From positions 68,140,001 to 68,204,000 of the forward strand of contig NW_024704743.1 in the NCBI RefSeq assembly GCF_018977255.1: a DNA stretch of 64,000 nt. The letters are read 5' to 3'. The notes under the pieces were generated by a model, which was given only the letters and a program-made list of their open reading frames with translations, did no database searches and was not told the origin of the DNA. Source of the stretch: Callorhinchus milii. Lineage: Eukaryota. The position numbers were made by a program, and so were the translations under genes. Below are positions 52,643-64,000 of this stretch, in pieces (position 1 is the stretch's first letter; the number at the start of each line of letters is the position of its first letter).

Positions 52643-54851
52643 GTCATCAGATATTAATACCTTTGATTCCAGTTTGGCACTTCACATTTTGTGATACCAA
52701 TCTCGGATTTTAAAATATTTAAATGTAATATTGATGAAGACAAGAATGCTTTTTTGAGTGAGCTATCCTGGTATTTCACTTTTGACTTTACCTTGTCTCA
52801 GTTAGCCCAGAACTCAGTTGGGTGTGTCAGCCTGGCTCAGATGGTAGCACTCTTGCCTTTGAGTAAGAAGAATGTGGGTTCAAGCTATCTTGTCTAGGGC
52901 TGACACTTCAGTTAATTTATTAAAATATGTATAGAATATCACAATGATAACATTATACACAATGTACATTTATGAACATAAGAACAAAACCCAGTTTTAA
53001 TAAAACAAATGTACAATTTTCAATAATTCACTTGTAATAATACAAATGTAACACCTAAAATATAAGTATATTAAAATGTGATTTATTTAAGGAGATTATG
53101 TGAAGAATGTCTTGTAAGCCTAGTTAAAATATTAATAAAACTGATAATAATCTTTGCATTTGATATAGCACCATGTAGCCCTCTCCAGGCTCCACTGGTT
53201 CCCTGTCAACAAATGGATTGACATCAAGATCTTCATTCTCACATACAAATCCTTTCATGCCCTACCACTTTACTAGGGCGTGAAAGGAGCACTAAAAGCA
53301 CTTCTCTGACCTGTTTGTACCGTACAATTCTGCTCACTCATTCGCTCAGCTAACCCAGGCCTTTCTGTTCAACCCTGACCCCTCTGGGCTACCATAGGTA
53401 GCCATGCCTTCAGTCACTACACCCGTAATCTCTCAAATTCCCTGCCTCAGTATCTCTGCATCGCTCCCTCATTTTCTACATTCATATCCCACCTGAAAAC
53501 CAACATCTTCAATTGCAACCTCCCTCCTCTCCTGTTTGACATCCAACCCCACCATGTATAGCATTCCGAGACATTATCTTATGTGAAGGGCGTTACATAA
53601 ATGTAAGTTGTTGTTGATGTTGGCTAATTTTATTTTAGAGAATAGTTGGACAGGACAGCAAGAGAAATGTTTAAAATTGTGCCATGGGATCTTTAACATC
53701 CACCTGAACTGGCAGACGGGACCTTAGTTTAATATCTCACCTAAAGAATGGCATCTTAAACACTGCAGTATTCCTCCAGCACTGACATTTGGATTACTTT
53801 GGATTACACGTCATAGCTGTTTGCTGGCCATTGGCTGCAGTGTTCACCTACATAACACACACTTTACAGTTTTGGCATTCTTTGAAACGTCCTCCCAATG
53901 CAAGAAGGCTGTATATCAATTACAAAGATTATCATTATTATTACTACCTGATAAAGACACAGCTCAGCAATAGTATTATAGAACATGGAACAATAGATGT
54001 GTTGTGTTTAAAGGTGTGGCCAGCAGTTGAACCAAACAACCCTGTTCAGATTGAGAAAAGACTATTTTATTCTGTTTAGCCAAACCATAGTCAGGAACCT
54101 GAGGAACCAAAGTCACTTGTATTCTATGTTTAACAACTCATTAATTACCAACATAAAACAACATAATGGTTTTGCATTGATTCAATGAACAGAGTTACAT
54201 TAAGCAGGGTTCCAATAGCCTAAATTACGCTTTTATGCTCACATAAAGTACATCATAGTGGTGATAATATCAAAGTTGATAGGCAGCAAAATTCTCTTGT
54301 TTTGTTTTGAGGACACTGATAATAGTGGACTTTAATCTCTTGCAACTGTGGTCTTGTATCATCGATGCCTTCCTCTTTCCTCTTCTGATATTTCTTGAAT
54401 CTTGGACACTCGGCTTGGACAATCTTGGTTTCAATCTTACAGCAAATGTGGGAGTTCTGCCCTCTTGGAGGAGCAAACTATGTACTCGTTCTCACACCAA
54501 CTCTGAAGTGTAGCTCAGTTATACTTAATTATATCATGGTTCTTTACCTCAGGCTGATCAGTGCATGTCAGCGCTTTCTCACCCTCCTGATGATTGTTTT
54601 AATCACGTTGAGCTTGGGCCCTTGGGCCAACTCTGATCAAGACACTGCAGGACTGTACGGCAGGAATTAATTTGCGACACAACACACAACAGCTGCAATG
54701 ACAAAAATCATGTCTTTCTTAACAGTTTAACTCTTCATAATACAATACACAGCATATTGACATTTTCTCATATCATTTTATCTAGTGTTATACCAGCTGC
54801 CCTGTAAAACTTGTTACACTTGGATAGAAGTTCTGGAATTCAGCTCAATTT

Positions 54852-55218
54852 AATAATAATAATAATCCTTGCATTTGATATAGCGCTTTAATACGTCATC
54901 GAGACTTCTCAAAGCGCTTCACAGAATATACTGTAAAGTGAAGTGACTATATTTGCGGACTAAATGTGGCAACCTATTGCACACAGCAGTGTCCCACAAA
55001 TTGAGTGAATTGAGTGACCACATTTTTTCTTTTGAAGGGATTATTACCCCTTGAAAAGCGATCTGCCATTCGACTAACAGTCTGGTTCCTAATTACTGCT
55101 AGGTAAACAGAGGAATGTAGACTAAGGAAACTTGCCTAACATTTCACCCTGGCCAGGAATTGAACTCAGGTCCTCTCGCTTGCGAGGCGAATGCTCTAAC
55201 CACTAAGCTGTCGAACTC
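54852..55218 (-). mobile_element. Young tRNA-SINE, long subfamily, full length
   Basis: Head, linker, Deu core and tail are all present; CAATTTAAT on both sides (54846-54854, 55219-55227). Confidence 0.92.
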
Positions 55219-55496
55219 CAATTTAATTAAATAATATTTGATAATCAAGATTGTAATTCTGCATGTCAATTTGACACTAGCTAACACGTGTAAGCATAAC
55301 TAACTTAAATAAAACATTTTTAACAATGAACTTCTGATCTGAAAACATTTTAATAGTACATTTCTGATCATTACAGGTGATACAGAGAAATAAATTAAAA
55401 CACTCGGGCTGACGAATTGAAACACTTTTACATCAAGAGCTACATCTAATCCAAAGGTTTGAAGGTGGATTTAATACAAAAAAGTGTGTAGAATAT

Positions 55497-56900
55497 AAAT
55501 TATGCAGTCTTAGTTGTATATCCTGTACAGTTTTGCAATATATGACATGAAATTTTGCCAGATTCTATGTTTTTGATGCAAAACAAAGATGGGGTAGGGT
55601 TCGGAAAATGTCAATAACTTTGTTAATTTAGGGTCAAACTTCATAAATCTGCTATGATTTTGTTAGATATACTCTGCTCTTTAATAATAAAACAACTGAT
55701 ATACAATTCTTATGATGGTGACATAATTACAAGTCAAAGATCATAGAAGACATCCAAATATAATATACAGCACTTTTATTATGTATTAACATTATCAATA
55801 ACATAATCAGCGAACTGTTTTTACCAACAGTAACAATATTACTTGTTTGTTACATAAAGAGCTAAACCTAAAAGTAACGGATCTTCATTCATTGTCACAA
55901 TCGGATTCTTCAGAAGAAGAAACTGGTTTTCATCATCAGAATCACTTTCATCAGGAAATAATTTGTCATAAATTGCAGCACAGATACCCTGTGGAATTTG
56001 TTCTTCTTCAAACCAATTAATCATATATTGGCCAACAAGTAGTGTTCATTCATACTCACATGGATCAAGCTGAACAGGAATGTAAGTCTGGTTTCTTCCA
56101 CATGCAGGCAATATAGTGGGACCATTTGGTTACTGAATCAAAACTGAATGTGCTGGAGGCAGAAGGCTAGTCAGCACCTTTCATTTTCTCTAGAGGTTAA
56201 TTCTGCTTTGTTGGATCACACTTTTCCCTGAAAATAGCATAGCACACTTCCTCAACTTTCTGAGTTTGGCTTGCCATACAGAGCACAAAGAAACTAATCT
56301 AAGATTTCTGTAAGCTGATCATCATTTTCTGACATTCACAAGATTTCCAAAAGCTTGGAGAAACGTTTCCAAATCTTGAACCAGCTCTAGTGTATGAACC
56401 TTTCTCTTCCGAATGAAGGCAGATGTGTAACTGCATCCAGTAAATGTGTATAAACCTGCCAGCGCTCAACATAGATCCTAACCAAGATATTTTGCCTGTC
56501 TATGTAGTCCTCTTGTATTGGTACCATCATGTCCCACATCCATTCAGACCTTTGAATGTAACTTGTTCATATGGAACAGCAGTGCAACCAAAATATCAGT
56601 ATCATAACAGCGGACAACTATATTTTGTATCTCAAGGATCCTAGAAACACAGAACAAGTGGAACACTGTCCTGGTGTCAGCCTTTTCATGTAAGCAGTGA
56701 AGGTCTGGTACGTCTTCTCGAATCACAATACCATCTTGTATTGTAGAAAAGGTAACATACTTTGCAAGACCTATATCCACTTTCCGATTACCCAAAATTC
56801 ATGTATATGTGGCATTTTGCCATTCATCAACTAGAAACAATACTGATGTCTTGAAAATTCCTGAACTTAGGGTACTATGAACACCTGGATGTGTGTTGTC
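55497..56900 (-). mobile_element. Academ-like (XPG/PIN nuclease-bearing) DNA transposon, 3' remnant
   Basis: Minus strand: FKTSVLFLVDEW; HEKADTR; IVVRCYDTDILV; ALAGLYTFTGCSYTSAFIRKRK; FLCALYGK; LPPAHSVL; YMINWFEEEQIP, then an AT-rich terminus. Multiple stops. Confidence 0.75.
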
Positions 56901-56904
56901 CATA

Positions 56905-58550
56905 TTAGAACCATAGGAACAGGAGTAGGCTATTCAGCCCTTTGAGTCTGTTCCACCATTTTATAAGATCATGGCTGATCTATACTTCAACTCCATTTAT
57001 CCGCCCTTGCCCCATATCCCTCGATACCGACCTAAAAAATATCTATCCACCTCAGTCTTGAAAATGTGAATGGATCTATCATCCACTGGGGCAGAGTTCC
57101 ACTACCCTTTGGGTGAAAAAACTGCCTATTAATTTCACTCCTAAATGGCCTAGCTGTGATTTTAAGATTATGCCCCCTTTGTTCTGTATTCCCCACCAGA
57201 GGAAATAGTTTCTCTGTATCTACCCTATCAAATCCCTTTATTATTTTAAAATAATTAATTCTGGTAATTTGCCCTGCACCCCCGCCAGAGCCAATATATC
57301 CTTCCTCAGGTGCGGTGCCCAAAACTGAAGGCAGTACTCCAGATGGGGTCTGACTACGGCTTGATACAATTGAAGCATTATTTCCTCTCCTTTATATTCC
57401 AGCCCCTTGAAATAAAGACTAATTTCCCATTAGCCTTTTTGATAACTTTTTTGAGCTTGTTTTAGTGATTTGTGCATGTGAACACCCAACTCCCTTTGCT
57501 CCTCCACAGTTCTTAGTTTCTCACCATTTGCTATTTTTGGATCCAAAGTAGATGACCTTACCCTTCCACACATTGAATTCCATCTGCCACAGTTTTGCCA
57601 CTCACTTAATCTGTCTAATTCCCTTTGTAACTTCCTGCTTCTATCTACACAATTTACTGTGCCTCCTAACTTTGTGCCATCTACAAATTTTGATATAAAA
57701 CTCTCTATTCCTTCATCCAGGTCATTTATTTATATATATATATAATAATAATATATAGTATATATATATATGGTGAAAAGCTGAGGCCCCAGTACAGACC
57801 CCTGGGAAACACCATTTGTCACGAAGCGCCAATCAGAAAACTTTCCTTTTATCCCTACTCTCGGTTTCCTGCCTCCCAACCAATGTCCAAGCCACGTCGC
57901 AAGGTTACCTCGGATTCCATGCGTTTTTATTTTTGCTGATAACCTCTTGTGCGGAACCTTACCGAATGCCTTCTGAAAGTCCACGCAGACGACATCCATA
58001 GACAATCTCTTATCCATTGCGTTAGTGACCTCCTCAAAACATTCGATTAGGTTTGTCAGACATGACCTGCACTTCGCAAATCAATGCTGACTCTCTTTGA
58101 TTAGCTCATACTTGACCAAGTGCTCAGTCGCTCTGTCCCTGATGTGCACCGAGACGCCGATTGGCAAGAACTGTATAAATGTAAGTTGTTGTTGTTGTTG
58201 ACGAGAAATTCCAGTAATTTCCCCACAACTGACAGGTAGTCAGTCGCGGAGTGACAGGTGTCATTCTCCAATCCAAGAGCACAATTCCTGAATATAGAGA
58301 GCTTCGGAAAGTTATGACTAACGCACCTGCAATTTCCCTCACCTACTTCCTTCATTACCCCGGGGCAGAATCCAGCAGGTCCTGGAGATTCGTCTGCCTT
58401 TAGTCCCATTATATTCTCCTTTGCTTTATTTATATTAAATGCATTTGGTGTTCCCCTTTGTCCCGCCGGTATTTTGTCCTTTGCCTGGACCGTGAAATAT
58501 AGAAGAAAATGTTCATCCAGAAATCCTGGGGTTTCCTTATTGTCCATTAT
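56905..58550 (-). mobile_element. CR1 LINE, 5'-truncated (RT to 3' end)
   Basis: VDFQKAFGKVPHKRL, GVSQGSVLGPQLFTIYI, FKIIKGFDRVD..KLFPL; 3' end gggctgaatagcctactcctgttcctatggttct. Confidence 0.92.
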
Positions 58551-58639
58551 AGTCTGACCCGCACCGGTCTGCACTGCGCCACACTCAAACCTTCCGCATC
58601 AGACACAACAACAACAACAACAACAACAACAACACAAGC

Positions 58640-58870
58640 AGCTGTTGGACTGACCACTTGAGGGCGTTTTGGGGCCAGGACGGTGGAGTGGGTGAGTGGG
58701 TGAGTGGGTGGCGCTGGGGCTGCAGAGGGCGCTGTGAGGATCAGGCGGCACTGAGAGAGGAGGGAGGGCGCCTCCCGGCTCCGGGCAGCAGCGAGTGATT
58801 GACAGGAGCCCAGACCACGTGCTGCCCGGTCAGACCCCCCCACTGCTGCACAGCGACCGGCGCGACCCCC
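58640..58870. promoter_or_regulatory. CpG-rich patch with CTCF-like, PBX/PKNOX and E-box motifs
   Basis: CCACTTGAGGGCG (about 58654), CTGCAGAGGGCGCTG (about 58720), TGATTGACAG (58796-58805), CACGTG (58816-58821); CpG is retained here. Confidence 0.45.
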
Positions 58871-60410
58871 CCACCCCCCACACACACAGGGACTGCACCC
58901 CCCCCCCCACACACACACACACACACACACTGCACCCCCCCCCCCCCCCCCCCCACACACACACTGCACCCCCCCCCACACACACACACACACACTGCAC
59001 CCCCCCACACACACACACACACACTGCACCCCCCCCACACACACACACACTGCACCCCCCCACACACTGCACCCCCCCCCCACACACACACTGCACCCCC
59101 CCCCCACACACTGCACCCCCCCCCACACACACACAACACCCCCCCCCCACACACACACACACACACACTGCACCCCCCCCCACACACACACCACACTGCA
59201 CCCCCCCCCCACACACACCACACTGCACCCCCCCACACACTGCACCCCCCCCCACACACACACACTGCACCCCCCCCCCACACACTGCACCCCCCACACA
59301 CACACACACTGCACCCCCCCCCCCACACACCACACACACTGCACCCCCCCACACACACACACACTGCACCCCCCCCCACACACACACACACACACTGCAC
59401 CCCCACCACACACTGCACCCCCCCCCCACACACACACACACTGCACCCCCCCCACCCCCCCCCCACACACACACACACTGCACCCCCCCCCCACCACACA
59501 CACAGGGACTGCACCCCCCCCCCCCCACACACACTGCACCCCCCCCCCCCCCCACACACACACACACACACACTGCACCCCCCCCCCCACACACACTGCA
59601 CCCCCCCCACACTGCACCCCCCCCCCCCCCCCCCCCCCCCACACACTGCACCCCCCCCCCCACACCCCCCCCCCCACACACACTGCACCCCCCCCCACAC
59701 ACAGGGACTGCACCCCACACACACACCACACACCAGGGACTGCACCCCCCCCCCACACACACACAGGGACTGCACCCCCCCCCCCCCACACACACACACA
59801 CAGGGACTGCACCCCACCCCCCCCACACACACACAGGGACTGCACCCCCCCCACACACACACACACACACAGGACTGCACCCCACACACCACCACACACA
59901 GAGACTGCACCCCCCCCCCCACACACACACACAGGGACTGCACCCCCCCCCCCCACACACACTGCACCCCCCCACACACACACTGCACCCCCCCCCACAC
60001 ACCCCCCCCCCACACACACTGCACCCCCCCCCCACCCACCCCCCCCCACACACACTGCACCCCCCCACACACACTGCACCCCCCCCCACACACACTGCAC
60101 CCCCCCCCACCACACACACAGGGACTGCACCCCCCCCACCACACACACACTCACACACACTGCACCCCCCCCACACACACAGGGACTGCAGCCCACCCCC
60201 CCCCCCACACACACTCACACACACTGCACCCCCCCCACACACACAGGGACTGCAGCCCACCCCCCACACACACAGGACTGCACCCCCCCCCCCACACACA
60301 CTGCACCCCCCCCCACACACACACTGCACCCCCCCCACACACACTGCACCCCCCCCCACACACACTGCACCCCCCCCCCACCCACACACCACACCACACA
60401 CACTCACATT
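58866..60410. repeat. Compound satellite of units CTGCA-(C)n-(CA)n, some with AGGGA
   Basis: Direct reading; dozens of variable-length units. Confidence 0.97.
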
Positions 60411-60524
60411 GTATATCCCTGATTCACAGGGACTGACAGTGAGCAACAGCGTCTGTGCAGCCACACGACTCGGCACTATCAGCCCTCAAGGTAGGGGCTC
60501 CTCCATCAGTCAGCAGTGCTGCAC

Positions 60525-61370
60525 TGTACAGACACATGGCCATCAATCAGCATTGCCTGTAGTGTGTACAGACACATGGCCATCAATCAGCATTGCCTGT
60601 AGTGTGTACAGACACATGGCCATCAATCAGCATTGCCTGTAGTGTGTACAGACACATGGCCATCAATCAGCATTGCCTGTAGTGTGTACAGACACATGGC
60701 CATCAATCAGCATTGCCTGTAGTGTGTACAGACACATGGCCATCAATCAGCATTGCCTGTAGTGTGTACAGACACATGGCCATCAATCAGCATTGCCTGT
60801 AGTGTGTACAGACACATGGCCATCAATCAGCATTGCCTGTAGTGTGTACAGACACATGGCCATCAATCAGCATTGCCTGTAGTGTGTACAGACACATGGC
60901 CATCAATCAGCATTGCCTGTAGTGTGTACAGACACATGGCTATCAATCAGCATTGCCTGTAGTGTGTACAGACACATGGCTATCAATCAGCATTGCCTGT
61001 AGTGTGTACAGACACATGGCTATCAATCAGCATTGCCTGTAGTGTGTACAGACACATGGCTATCAATCAGCATTGCCTGTAGTGTGTACAGACACATGGC
61101 TATCAATCAGCATTGCCTGTAGTGTGTACAGACACATGGCATCAATCAGCATTGCCTGTAGTGTGTACAGACACATGGCTATCAATCAGCATTGCCTGTA
61201 GTGTGTACAGACACATGGCCATCAATCAGCATTGCCTGTAGTGTGTACAGACACACGGCTATCAATCAGCATTGCCTGTAGTGTGTACAGACACATGGCC
61301 ATCAATCAGCATTGCCTGTAGTGTGTACAGACACATGGCTATCAATCAGCATTGCCTGTAGTGTGTGCAG
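60525..61370. repeat. 40-bp minisatellite, 21 copies
   Basis: Unit TGTACAGACACATGGC(C/T)ATCAATCAGCATTGCCTGTAGTG repeated head-to-tail with no spacers. Confidence 0.97.
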
Positions 61371-61650
61371 ATGCACAAATTGGCTGCTTGTGTTCGCCTA
61401 CAAATATAAAAATCTTGTGAAGTTGTTTGAGATGTGATATGGTGGTGAGGTAAACCTCACCGTGACTGTGGGACAACACGGCATTGCTAATTGGCTGCCA
61501 TGTTCACCCTCAAATAGTGCCATTCCACTTTACAATCCATCCTGTGAAGCACTTTGGGACATGTGCCCAAGAGTACTGAGTCGCTGAGTTCTGAAGTTGT
61601 TTTTGTTGCTCCTGACATGAAAGGCATTATAGCAAATGCAAGGATTATTA

Positions 61651-62411
61651 CAGTAAATCTCACGTAAGTTGTATCAGTTGAGACGATACATTTAATATGG
61701 CTTCTGCAAAGTATGAGTTACGTCAAACTTGCAATAAGTTATATCTGAGTTACGTAAACAACAACAAATTATATTTGCATAGCGACTTATGTAAAGTTAT
61801 GTATCAGTCAGAAGCTATATGACTAACACGAGAATTACAGTACCTGAGTGTTGTACTGGCTGGTGGCAGTAAGGCAAGGTTTCTGTACCATGGTTAACCC
61901 ATGCATATTAAAGCTATGATAGCCCATCCTTTCCATACTGCACAGTACTGTACCTCATGTGCAGAAAACATGTACTGGCGATGAATGACACAACCAAACA
62001 GTTTCAAAATTGAACTATTTTATTAGAATACAGTATAAACTCTTACAAAGATTGAGAGAGAGAGAGAGAGAGGGTCCTGCCAACCGCCAGCTCTTGATGC
62101 TGCCCTGAGAGGACAGTTTGCTGGGGAGAGAGGGTGCAGGCGGCCAAAACGCTTCCTCTTTCCTCTCTCCGCCCTGCCCCCCCCCCACCGTGCGCGATGA
62201 CGGTGATGTTGCGCCCCGGGAGGGAGGCGAGGAGAGCGTTGGGCTGCCTATATGCGGTGTCCGTTTGAGGTAGGCTCGGGAAAAAGTTTTGACTGGCAGC
62301 CGGTGAGTTCAGCAGCGGCATTACGAGTTACAAGGTTGTTAATATGACTGGTGCATTTAGATTTAAGTGGGTTTAATAGGAAAATGACCGGGACTTGGGC
62401 GAGGTTTACTG
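61651..62411. mobile_element. Non-autonomous pogo/Tigger-like element
   Basis: TA-CAGTAAATCTCAC at the left end and GCGAGGTTTACTG-TA at the right end (reverse complement CAGTAAACCTCGC); no ORF; CpG-rich interior at about 62080-62330. Confidence 0.75.
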
Positions 62412-62677
62412 TATATCAAATGTAATGACTTCTATTATTATTGTTATTATTAATATTAATACAATGAGCACTATATTACTCATGTTTTGAGCGTGCAGCA
62501 AGATGCTCATGTGTAGAAATCCAATATTGCCTCTTTTTGCCTCAGAATAAAAGCAAGACAGGAAGTTAGAATCACATTGCTGAGTTGTCATGGATGAAGT
62601 TTGCTCCCAGCGGCAGGAAATGCTCCTGTTTTGATGTGCACAGTATTCGTTTGGCTTTGGGTTCCATTTTCCGCCAT

Positions 62678-63041
62678 AGAGCACTCGCCTCGCAAGCGAG
62701 AGACCCAGGTTCAATTCCCGGCAGGGCAAAATGTTGGGCAAGTTTCCTTACTCCACACGCCTCTGTTTACCTAGCAGTAAGTAGGAACCCAGTTGTTAGT
62801 TGATTGGTGGATCGCTTTTCTGGGGGTAATAGTTCCTTAAAAATATCAAAAAAATTGGTAACTTACCCTGTGTTTGGAATGGAAGTGAGTGTTTGTGGGA
62901 CACTGCTGTGTGCAATTAGTTGCTGTGTTTCGCCCACAAAGTATATAGTCAATTCACTTTACAGTATATTCTGTGAAGTGCTTTGAGACGTCTCGAAGAT
63001 GTGGTAAGGCGCTGTATCAAATGCAGGAATTATTATTATTA
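62678..63041 (+). mobile_element. Young tRNA-SINE, long subfamily, missing the A box
   Basis: agagcactcgcctcgcaagcgagagacccaggttcaattcc...aaatgcaggaattattatt. Confidence 0.9.
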
Positions 63042-64000
63042 TAGATTTCTTTTGATCAGAGCAAAACTTTGTTCAGGATGCACAACAGTTACTACACTAT
63101 TGCATGTCCCTTGCCCCACTCTTGGTGGTTAAGCTTTCTGCTACTGTGGCCTCGCTTTCTGGAATTTCCTCCCAAAATGTTTTCACCTCACAGTTTCCTC
63201 AAAACCCTACTAAAAACCTACCTCTTTTGGCTATGCTTTTGGTAACATCCTTCCTTTTACCCCCACAACCCCCCCATTCCCCCTCTCCTCACCCTTTCTG
63301 GAAAATGTTTTGACATATTATCCTGTGTGAAAGGTGCCACATAGATGCAACTTCTTATTATAAACATCAATTTTAATAATAAAAATAATAATTCTTGCAT
63401 TTGAGATATTGTGTTTCATGTTGGGCGGACGTTTCAAAATGCTTCACAGGATATACGATAAAGTGGAGTAATCATGTGTTTTATTGATGAAATTTGAAGT
63501 GTGGCTCTGGTTTGTATTTGTACTAATTTGAAGAATTACCTATATTCCTGTTTTAGGTCTTCGTAACATGAACCAATATTACCCAAATGCCAGCTGACTA
63601 AGTGAACCGCTACTGTTTTATCGTTCAAAGTAGTCCTAACGTCTAGTGATTCTCATTAATTTTCATCAAACGCTTCTATTTTGGTCGCACAAAATATCAA
63701 TGGATATGCTTGTGACCTGGAGATGCTCATTACAATAGCATCCTTAGCAGAAGTGTTTTGCAAGTTTTCTGTGCAGTCTTGGCTGATATGCCAGGCGATA
63801 TAATAAGTTTCCTGAGCTGAGGGAGGGATCAGCAAGTGAGCAGAAGTTTTGTTTTGGGTGCACTTTATACTCCAGCTGTTGGATCCAGAGCCACAGAAGT
63901 TAAGATCTCTGTGGAACCCATTTCCAGTCCATGTCATTTTCAAGCTTTCTTGTGTTTTTCACCTTGTTCTTCTGTGTATTTCCACTTGTAATCACAATGG

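Noticed and set aside
58547..60642. Long ORFs of 469-615 aa (Pro/His/Thr-rich or Gly/Val/Cys-rich)
   Set aside because: They are open in multiple frames on both strands only because the satellite lacks stop codons.
60525..61370. CRISPR-like array
   Set aside because: Units are contiguous with no unique spacers, there are no cas genes, and the context is vertebrate.
63560..63960. piggyBac transposase relic (NGYACDLEM, ILQLLDP)
   Set aside because: Catalytic motifs are not recoverable; the similarity could be chance.

Overview
Repeat-dense vertebrate DNA with no host protein-coding gene that I can identify. The repeats point to a cartilaginous fish, most likely a chimaera/holocephalan (inference): L2 LINEs with (TTG)n tails, shark-type CR1 fragments, and Deu-domain tRNA-SINEs with (TTA)n tails. 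Retroelements include a near full-length frameshifted L2 (about 8.08-11.56 kb), many truncated L2/CR1 copies and two SINE families that share an L2-like 3' stem-loop. DNA-transposon fossils that the ORF track shows only in fragments are: a decayed PIF/Harbinger transposase with a possible convergent Myb/SANT partner (23.6-25.45 kb), an XPG/PIN-nuclease (AcademX-like) transposase remnant (55.5-56.9 kb), two pogo/Tigger non-autonomous elements and palindromic MITE-like elements. At 58.6-61.4 kb a CpG-rich promoter/insulator-like patch is followed by a C-run/(CA)n satellite and a 21-copy 40-bp minisatellite. I found no convincing intact novel system. The best leads are the transposon fossils, the SINE tail architecture and a few orphan exon-like or CNE-like segments. 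Family assignments rest on motifs recognised by eye, not database searches, and boundaries of old repeats are approximate.
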